Assembly: GCA_951406725.2 (NCBI GenBank)
Contig: OX597815.1
Span: forward strand, 140,554,001-140,618,000
Origin: Octopus vulgaris
Lineage: Eukaryota
Length of the DNA: 64,000 nt
Direction of reading: 5' to 3'
Shown here: positions 54,606 to 64,000 of the stretch, in pieces
How positions within the stretch are numbered: the stretch's first letter is position 1
Layout of the letters: the number at the start of each line of letters is the position of its first letter
Notes under the pieces: generated by a model
What the model was told of the DNA's origin: nothing
What the model saw: the letters and a program-made list of their open reading frames with translations, nothing else
Database searches by the model: none
Translations under genes and position numbers: made by a program

Positions 54606-57419
54606 CATTTTTCGTATCACATCTTATTAAATTTTAATGTGAACAGAGGTTTATTCAGTATATATTTTCGAAAAATTTCGTATAATTTAATAAGAATAAT
54701 GATAAATCATATTTCAGTTACAAATACGGTTTGAAACTTGATTTTACTATAGAAAAACCAAATAACAGTAAATATCTACATCAGTTCTTCCATCTAAGCA
54801 GCTGTCTGGAACCATTAAATATTTTGTTTTCTAAATTGCTATTTTATTTCGTGAAATTATTTACAACCAATGATTCAGTTCCTTTGGATTTTATAGGGTT
54901 GACTGAGAATATTTTTCAAATTAAATTTCAGTCAATATCAAATTATCTTCAGAAATCCCGAAAAATCTTTTGATACATTATTATTAAGAAGCAATTAAAA
55001 TGTCAAAATTTAACACCAGAGTAACGATGGCTGTGCTCTCCGTGTTTCAAAGAAAATGGATGTAATTTCTCTTATAATTCTATATTAAAATTATTAATTC
55101 TGCTTCAATAATAATAATTGCATCCACTCAAAGCTAGAATGCTTTGTCGCCTTGGACAGAAATATTGTGGAAATATTTTAAAATAGTTAACAGTTGAATA
55201 ACGGATAGCATCAAAGCATAAGGTCAAACATTTCAAACAAATGAAAAATATTTAGCTTGTGAACATACGCTTAACATTCAATGAGTTATTGTGTTTTGAA
55301 ATTGGCTGAGCGCTGATTTAGCTTGTATAATACTGCTAAATGCTCCAACAAAATCATTAAAATTTTTATTGTTTACGTGTATCTCTAGTGGTTTATATTT
55401 TATATAAATTGATCCTTTGTAGTCCCAGCCTCACGCAACGGTGCATATGTAGTTGTGTCGTGGAGCACTGAGTGCATTGGCGGGTTGTTCGCTTTGTTTA
55501 GTCCTTATCAAGAATTAATTGGGTAGGGTAGCATGTCACCAATTCAAAGTAAATCACTATAGATCAAAGAAAGTTCTGGGATTTGTTTGAGCTCTTTGAA
55601 TTCTGATTTCAAATCTTGCTAAAGCCTTTTTTTTTTGCTCTTCATCCATTCTGAATTGATAATTTCAAGTTTTGCTAAATCTTGAGATCAGGCCATGTGC
55701 ATATATCATAAAAAGTTATTGTTGCTATTATTATTATTATTATTAATAACAAAACTATATTCTTTCTCCTAAACATATTATACACGCAGGCGATCTATTT
55801 ATCTCAGTCTATACATATTGTTTAGGATAAAAATAAAAATATATTATCTTGTTTAGTATAGTAGTGATTTAATATTGCTTCTGCTGAAGTGGGAATAGTT
55901 GCCATCCACAATGATGGTGACTAAAAAAATTCTACAAAACAGGTTTGAAAATATAAGAATTGCAGATGCGTATTTAATTAAAAGAGACGAACAGTAAAAA
56001 CCGACTAGTGAGTAAACAGCTTTGTAAACACAGGGATTTATACTTAAATAAACATAATAAGCGACAATGAGAGCTTTAATTTGAAAAAGATTAAGTTAAT
56101 TGATCGTTTTCTAATTTTGCAGGTGAAAGGCACATGCTTGACAGTTACAACAAAAATATCTCATTGGTGTAGAATATCGGAAAAGCAGTGCCCATTCAAC
56201 TAACAAATTCCTCAAAAAAAAAAAAAAAAAGGGAGGATTAACAGATTTCTGTTTAAAAATTTATAAAACGGAATGCTTCCATTCACTCCTGAATGAAGAT
56301 TTAGAGAAAAAGCTTTGCTGATATCGGCTAAGATGTGTGAGAAAGCCAAATAATTTGAATGGATAAGCTGCACAACTAGTTTTATGAATACCAGTAGGAT
56401 GTCTCCATACTTCATTAGCACTCGTCTGTCACAGCCGACACCAGACTGTGAACTTGCAGAATAGAATAGGGCTGGTGAATAACCCAAGGTTTTTGACAAG
56501 GTCAACAATTGTTATTTGACTATTTTCCATGCAATTAGCTTCGAACCCTTTTTCTGTATCCAGATTGTTTAAGCGACACCATTCAGAACCCTATCGATTA
56601 CTCATTGATCTTGTGAATATTTTGCCTGAGGAGCAATAGGTATAGGAACCAGAATTGGTCAGAGGAACCCTGCCTGAACTCACAGGATACAAGGCAACAT
56701 TAACCAAGAGCAGTCAATAATCGACGATTTTCTTATGCGATCTCGTCTGAGAGCAACTTCAACATGAGGAGGAACTGGGATGATGTAACGAGTAGGATGA
56801 CCAGTCTTATAACAAAATAGTATAAGATAAAGTTCTTCTTGAAAGCATGCGCTGGAGGTGAACTAACACATCTTTTCACTATCTATTAATCCTATACAGT
56901 CGTGACTTATCCGCGTTTTCATCTTACCAGATTAGAACGTTCTCACTTCCTTTTTTTATGGAAAGGTGGATTTTACTGGTAGAAATATCGATCTGATACA
57001 CCTATGTCATTGCTGTAAATGTAGAATTATGCGTAAGATGTGCTCATTTTAAAGGTATTCATTTGCGGTGAACAAGCGTCCAAAATATTTTCCTAAAGTT
57101 CTCTTTCTAATGGAGCTACGGTAAAGGTCAAGATTTGGAGGCTGACATCCGAAATCTCAAGTAAGAATTGCGTCTAACGTCGCATAGATTTGCACTAGGG
57201 AAGAGTGACAATATTCTCAAGATACCTTAGGCATCGACGAAGATTAACTGATTTCAACTTAAGAGTGTTTGAAGGAAGGTATGAAGAAAAAACGCTGCTT
57301 GTATTTGAGATGAATATGCGAATGTAGAATTAGTATGGATTTTGAAATGAAGTCACGATGGGGGATTTTTATTCTGTTTTGTAATGGAAAAAAATGTCTA
57401 TTGAATGCAGGATATAACT

Positions 57420-57985
57420 CCTTTCTTATTTCTGCTTTGAAACAAATTGTTTTGATGCATCTTAGTACATTTTACGCCACGCAAATCGATTTAGGCAATA
57501 ACTTCCCTAAGATGTCTAATTAAGTTGTAGAGATTTTAGTGATTGCATCAACTTAACCTAAGAGGGGGTCTTCCATTACGTGCAGTTCCACTGTTCGTTC
57601 TCCATATGAAAGAATTTTCAGAATGCGATCATCTTTCATTCGGACAACATATTCTACCCATCTGCACTGGATTCTCAACAGCATGCAGTTGATACTGGGG
57701 CTATTACATTTTTCTAAGATTTTGACATTCGATATGTTTTCTTGCCATTTTATGTTGCAGATGCTGCGCAAACGTCATATGTTTAAGGTTTCAAATTTCT
57801 TTATATGTCTGTGGTAGGGAGACCATGCTTCTGCGCCATACAAAAGTGAGCTCAAAATACAAGATTTGTATACACTTATTTTAGCTTTCAAACTGACACT
57901 GTGATCATACCACAAATAATGGGAAGGTTTTCCAAAAGCACTTGTATCTTTATATACTCTAACATTGGTTTTGTCATCAAGAGTA

Positions 57986-57988
<3 letters not shown>
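57420..57988 (-). mobile_element. RTE-clade LINE 3' fragment
   Basis: SAFGK…SLKAKISVYKSCILSSLLYGAEAW…LRSICNIKWQENISNVKILEK…RWVEYVVRMKDDRILKILSYGE…GRPPLR. Confidence 0.88.
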
Positions 57989-58068
<80 letters not shown>

Positions 58069-58073
<5 letters not shown>

Positions 58074-58191
58074 ATGGTTGTGATGCATGTAACTGGTGTA
58101 CCCTTATCAGACGGGTAGTCTTGATGGGTGTACTGGGCTTCGTATATTTTACCCCAGTGTCACTTTGATGGCATGCACTACTCTCTCACTC
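58069..58191 (+). mobile_element. 5'-truncated copy (3' ~123 bp) of the non-coding (TAA)n-inserted element at 63127-63680
   Basis: Near-identical to the reverse complement of 63127-63250 and flanked by (AAT)n on both sides. Confidence 0.9.
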
Positions 58192-58198
58192 AATGAGG

Positions 58199-58267
<69 letters not shown>

Positions 58268-58271
<4 letters not shown>

Positions 58272-59305
58272 CCTGGATCGACTACAAAAAGGCGTTTGAT
58301 AGCATCCCCCACACATGCATCCTCGAAACACTAGCCATTAACAAAGTAGCACCAACAATTATAAAATTCATAGGACACTCTATGAATAAATGGCACACAG
58401 TGCTACAGCTCCAAACAAAAGAGGGATTCATGAAAACCAAAGCCATCCCCATTAGAAGAGGAATATTCCAGGGAGACACGCTCTCTCCACTCCTTTTCTG
58501 CTTGGCACTGTCACCTCTATCTGATATGCTAAATAGAACTGGATGCGGATATAAATGTTACGGCAAAACGATCTGCCACCTTTTATATATGGATGACCTA
58601 AAACTATACGCTGCAAATGACAAACAGCTGGAAACACTATTAAAGACAGTTCATGGATTTACCAAAGAAATAGATATGAAATTTGGATTAGTAAAATGCG
58701 CCAAAGTAACAATGAAAAGAGGAAAACTAGTTAAAAGTAGCAACATCACACTAGATAAAACCAATGCAATAAAAGAATTAGACCAAAGTCAAACTTACAA
58801 ATACTTAGGAATCCATGAACTAGATAAGACACAACACACACAAATGAAAGAGAAAAAATAAAAAAAGAATATTATAGACGAGTTAGATCAATACTAAAAA
58901 CAGAGCTCAATGCTAAAAACAAGATAATAGGTATTAACACTTTAGCTGTTCCAGTTATAAGTTACAGCTACAATATCCTTAACTGGACACTAAATGAACT
59001 GACCAAAATAGATAGGAAAAAAAGAAAAATAATGACAGGATCTAGGATGCATCACCCAAAATCTGACATAGAAAGACTAAGTATACAACGTATAGAAGGT
59101 GGTAGAGGCCTTATACAGCTGGAAAACTACTATAAAATAACAACCATAGGACTGCAAAAATATCTACTTCAGAAGGAAGGAAAACTGATACAAATAGCGG
59201 CAAAACATGAGCAAAACAAAAAACTGTTCTCAGTATTTAAGGAAGCTGACAAATACAAACAAGAAATCATACACCTAATAAATATGAAAAAGAAGAAGAA
59301 GATGT
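58268..59305 (+). mobile_element. R4/Dong-clade LINE reverse-transcriptase fragment directly after an (AAT)n array
   Basis: WIDYKKAFDSIPH…RRGIFQGDTLSPLLFCLAL…HLLYMDDLKLYA…MKFGLVKCA…YKYLG…GGRGLIQLE; frameshifts in A-runs. Confidence 0.92.
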
Positions 59306-59331
59306 TTGTATAAATTTGCGTAATAATAACA

Positions 59332-59450
59332 ATTGTTTCAAATTTTGGCAGAATGGTAGCAATTATAGTAGAGCGGGTAAGCCAATTACCCTGACCCCAG
59401 TGCTCAGCTGCTACATATCTAATCGACCCCGAAAGAACGAAAGGCAGGTT
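59332..59450 (-). mobile_element. SINE family B fragment
   Basis: tttcaaattttggca…gaccccagtgctcagctg…atcgaccccgaaagaacgaaaggca. Confidence 0.75.
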
Positions 59451-59730
59451 CAGGAGACATGATTAATGAGCTTTCGTGCGAAATGTAGCTACAACCTCTT
59501 TGGATACTTTCTACTCAAGCCACCAGACTGGATGCCACTATGTTTATAATTTGTCTGACGATCAAATATTCCGTATTGAATATATTTTCTCCGAAATGGT
59601 TAAACTTAGTGGATACGGTCCGATAACAGACAAGATGCAGAAATTTTCAATTTTGGAAGTAATTCGCCCAGAAGAAACCACGTGTTGCATTTTGTCTGAA
59701 GTTCTGAGGGCTCGTCAGGTTCGTTTAAAA

Positions 59731-59784
<54 letters not shown>
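59731..59784. repeat. (TAG)n microsatellite
   Basis: Directly visible. Confidence 0.97.
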
Positions 59785-61474
59785 AGGCAGCAATGATAGT
59801 AGCATTTATTGTTGACATTTTGTGCATTCTTTCATTAATTCAGTGGGGAACGCAGGTGCCACAGTTCTAACAACGGTTTGTTTCCGTATTTTTCTGTTTT
59901 ATTAAGTATCGCCAGTGTATTATGCGTGCAGAACCTTATATGTACTTGTACATGTGAATATCATATAATTTTTATTGGGTATACATATGTCTGCGTCTCT
60001 TTATTACTATTCCGAAAGCATTTATTATTGGAGTACATGAAACCTTCAACCCTGTCAAGTCAGTTTATACATTACATTTCCATCTGACTAGGGTGCCAAA
60101 CAGGAACTGTGATTGATTGTTATTTAACTGTCTCCACATATTCAGTAGCTACTTGTTTTTCTATGCCTCGCCATACAGTTTTTATACTTTCTTGTGTCAA
60201 ATGTTTAACATTAATTTTTTCTATGGAAATGCTATAATTTTTATGCTCACCTCCAAAAACGTTCTAAGTTTTTCTTGTTTGCGTTACAATAATTTTTATC
60301 TTCTTTCTAATTTTATTTTGATAAGTCTGGTTGGAGTCAGCTTGTTTGTCTTGTTCAACTCTGTCTTTTCGCTTTTATGACAAAAGGTTTCTTTGCCATT
60401 TAGATAAAATCTTTTGAAGGAAACGATCGTTAATTCCGCTTACTTTACTTCTATAAAACTTGATGAATTTATTTGATTTTATTTTTTGTTCGATGAGATT
60501 TTTTCTCTTATTCTCTATTGTTCTTGTTATATCATTTTTAGCGCTGTTTACATGTTTCTAAATGAGTAGCTCCGATGGTGTGCTTGCTTTCCTTTGCGTG
60601 TTTTTTAATGCATAGATCAATTTATTAAAAAGGGCGGAGACTGCGGACTTGTGTGCCAGAAGCTGTAGTGTGTTGCTGAGCGACTCCATGCCAAACACAT
60701 GTGTAGTCTTCTTGTTGAATGCAAACTAAAAGATCTGTATGCAGAGAGTAACAGCACTGTGTTATGTGTCACAGTAATACCCCATTTTGGATATCATTCC
60801 AGCTTTCAATAACCAAAATGACATAAGCAGTCAATTTGCAAATTTTGTTACGGTAGTTGACACAAAATTATTTTCAAATTTCGTTCTCTCTGCATCCTAA
60901 TTTCAAAATCAACCGTATTCAACTGCATCTTTCATGCTTTTCTCGTTCCATCGTCCTGAACAGGTACTTTAGTATCTGTTCAGGACAACTGATTGGCGAA
61001 ATTGTGTCCCTTCCTCTCATCAGTGTAGGATGTGTGTTGAAGGTTATGCGAAAAAAATGTAACGAGCTCTACCTTCCTTGCTTGAATAAATGGTAAATAA
61101 AAACGCCAAATTTGCATGTGTGTAATACTGACACTATGTTATAATTAGTTGTTACTTCTACAATGGGCATTCATTCAATAATAGGAAAACGTTTCTCTCT
61201 CAACATTATGAGATTTAGATTATTGCCATGTTCATAATTTGCAAACGTACATCTGCCTTGTTGCAAGTTTTTATAACATCCTGTAAATCTTATATAATAT
61301 AATTTAAGTAACAAGTTACAAAAACTGGCACCTGCTCATTTTCCTTAAAGCACTAGAGTATATTCTAAAATGTCAAATAATAAAAGTGAAATAAACAGAT
61401 AGGAATTTACACAATAGAAGACATTAAAGAGATAATGTCTAAATCATTCACTTAAAAAAGAAAAGGGAAATATA

Positions 61475-61683
61475 GATTCCAAAGTTTGGCACAACGTCGG
61501 CAATTTCAGGGAAGTGAGTAAGTCAATTACATCAGAACCAGTGCTTGACTGGTACTTATTTTATTGATACTGAAAGTTCACCTCGGCGTAATTCAAAGTC
61601 AGAATGTGAAGACGGACGAAATACAGCTAAGTATTTCGTAATATTTTGCCGGCGTGATAATGTTTCTGCCACTTCATCGTCTT
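61475..61683 (-). mobile_element. SINE family B, degraded
   Basis: ccagtgcttgactggtacttattttattga…cacctcggcgtaattcaaagtcagaatgtgaagacggacgaaatac…gccggcgtgataatgtttctgcca. Confidence 0.78.
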
Positions 61684-62319
61684 CGAGAGAAGTAATAATT
61701 AAACTATTAAAATTGTGAATAGCAATGAAAGCACAGTCATCAAAAATATCAATGTTGAGTCATATATATATTTTCTCTATACAACCACCTCTGCTTTTCA
61801 GGAGTATATTTCTAATACTTTCCAAAGAAGTGCTGGAAGGGCATCTGGATTATATCTGCTAGGAAATAATGTGATCAAAGAAATGTATATTGAATGTATA
61901 TTTTATGGTGAAGTATAATACAAGAAAAGAGGCAATAGAAGTGGTAAGCGCCGAGGTGACCTGCAATAACAAATGAATGCGTGGGGTGTTCTTGATGATC
62001 CAAAAGAATGAGGGGCGTTTCAGGGACAATTAGGCTTGCAGTACAAAGCAAAATGCCCAGGTAGGATCATGAAGATTACGTGAAAGCTCTTCTTTTTAAC
62101 GAATACTTAAAGGATTACAAAAAGAAGGCGGCAGGGAGCAACAAAGGTGGCCACTGAAAGTGGCTTCTAGGGTAATGACTTCCTGTGCTGTTGCTTTCGT
62201 CCTTTCCTATCTACCATTTTGTTTTGTATATACGACAATTGCTAGAGTGGGAACCATAGCAAGTGTAATGACCTCATCCTACTAACACCACCTAAACTTG
62301 GGGTCAAAATGATTGAGTA

Positions 62320-63108
62320 TCGAGTGCCAGTAGTGGCTTCGATGCGATTTTTGGTGTTGAGTTCAGTTTTAGTATGAGTCTTATTCTCCTGCATTACACC
62401 TCTCTTATTTTTTCCTGCATAGTAGCATGTCTACCATCTCCAAGTATTTATAAGTTAGTTATGGGTCAAGTCAAGTTCATTGATGGTAGCGTTAGTATGT
62501 ACTTTAATGGAAGCTTTGTGCTAAAGTTTGCTCCTTACAAAAGTTGCTTTAGCACACTCGTCAAGGCCAAACTCCATCCCGATGTCATTGCTGAACTCTT
62601 TAATAGTTGGTAGCAGCCCTACTAGCTCTTGTTAATTTCTAGCAAACAGCTTCACGTCATATAAAACAGATGATTTATTGTAGTATTATAAACTCCGTAC
62701 TCATACTTGGTTCGTTTAAGAGTGGAAATAGTGCCATGCAAAAGAGTAACAGGGAGGAGTCACCTTGATAGATGCTTCGATTCATGTTAAAAGATGCCTC
62801 ATTTCACTATCAAACGCTTTCAAGTAGCCTATTTATGCCATTCTCATGTTCTTCTTTGTTCCAGTAATTCTCTTCAATCATTTTACTTAGTAATTAATCT
62901 TTGCACTCATAAGTATTTCTTTTAGAGTCATTTTTTTAGCTTGTGGAAGGATACCGTTTTATTCGTGGGATGCGTATATTCCTTCAGTTAGTATGGATGT
63001 GGGGATCTTCTAGGTTGTGTTGAGACATGTTATTGATCGGTAGTTATTTAGATTTTTCGTGTCTTCAGTCTTTGGTAGAAGGTATGATGTTCCTTCCTTC
63101 AGTTAATA
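62320..63108 (-). mobile_element. Older, decayed R4/Dong-clade LINE RT fragment (missed by the ORF track)
   Basis: Minus-strand translation with stops and frameshifts: YLLPKTEDTKNLNNYRSITCLNTT*KI…IGYLKAFDS…RSIYQGDSSLLLFCMAL…INHLFY(M)DVKLFA…DIGMEFGLDECAKATF…TYKYLG…ELNTKNRIEA. Confidence 0.85.
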
Positions 63109-63126
63109 GTTATTATTATTATTATT

Positions 63127-63680
63127 GAGTGAGCGAGCAGAGCATGCCATCAAAGTGACACTGGGGTAAAATATACGAAGCCCAGTATACCCATCATGAC
63201 TACCCGTCTGATAAAGGTACACCAGGCACATGCATCACAACCATATGTGCGCGACATGGTGATCTCATATCAAGATAAACAGCACATGACCTTGCAGGTG
63301 GAGCCCAGTTAGAATTTTATTCAGATCGAGTAACCCATCCCGCTCAAAAGGTCCCTGAATAAGGGTTGTTTAAGGACGTTGAACGAAACACCCATGTTTC
63401 CAGAGGTGAATTATTCAAACCCCAAAGAATCCTTCTCAACACATGGCTATGATGCTCCCCCACTACTTCTGCTCGTGATCAGAGATGCACATATCGTCAG
63501 CCACTAAGGGACATGCTCAACTGGTTAAGGTCAAACAACTGACAAGCAAATCTGTGGCATTGAGCAGAATATTTGATGTAGCCCATCTTTTATACCAAGA
63601 CAAAACAATGTACATGATAACACTTCCAATCAATTAAGATCAGAAGCCATGAGAGCCACTGCCTGGTACTGCATCAGGGC
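63127..63680 (-). mobile_element. ~554-bp non-coding retroposon-like element inserted in a (TAA)n array (SINE-like partner or LINE 3'UTR)
   Basis: More GC-rich than its flanks, with no long ORF. Bounded by (ATT)n at 63110-63126 and 63681-63790. Its 3' end recurs at 58069-58191. Confidence 0.75.
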
Positions 63681-63743
<63 letters not shown>

Positions 63744-63745
63744 CA

Positions 63746-63789
<44 letters not shown>

Positions 63790-63830
63790 GCTGTTGTTGT
63801 TGTTGTTGTTGTTGTTGCTGTTATTACTAT
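63681..63830. repeat. (ATT)n/(GTT)n microsatellite
   Basis: Directly visible. Confidence 0.97.
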
Positions 63831-64000
63831 TGGTATCACGTTACTCTCTTCATTGACCACAGCCATCGTATTTGCCACTTCAAATCGTCATAGTTGTTTA
63901 TTTGTTTCTTCTTCTTTCATATTGATCCTGTTGTCACAGGGGCATACTATGTCGATTATCGTACATATTCTTTCTTTTATATTTACCACAACAATGTCCG

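Noticed and set aside
56200-56900. RT-like words (DISKAF on minus, KVFDKVN on plus)
   Set aside because: Probably very old LINE debris, but too decayed to assign family or boundaries. The same applies to ~13300-13560, ~33500-34800 and ~46400.
63440-63510. Minus-strand gtggCTGACGA…GAAG within the 554-bp element
   Set aside because: No valid helix II, GAAA or NUH geometry, and no HDV-like fold was recognised by eye.

Overview
AT-rich, microsatellite-saturated eukaryotic DNA. The repeat landscape resembles an octopus/coleoid cephalopod genome (inference from pattern recognition, not a search). No host protein-coding gene is supportable, and almost all ORF-track entries are microsatellite translations. 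The recognisable content is transposon debris: Penelope-like elements (RT/GIY-YIG), three R4/Dong-type REL-endonuclease LINE fragments in (TAA)n arrays, RTE and CR1/L2-type LINE fragments, a mariner, a maT/DD37D-type Tc1-mariner, a hAT MITE, a foldback element and many copies of two tRNA-derived SINE families. Two things stand out. (1) At least seven type I hammerhead-ribozyme motifs read by eye on both strands. They include two with a compensatory U3-A8 core, a three-member family with a conserved long helix II, and one inside a 466-bp direct-repeat unit (retrozyme/pLTR-like). (2) A non-coding ~554-bp element, present once long and once 5'-truncated, inserted in (TAA)n arrays directly upstream of, and co-oriented with, Dong/R4 RT fragments. 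It is a candidate microsatellite-targeting LINE/SINE partnership.
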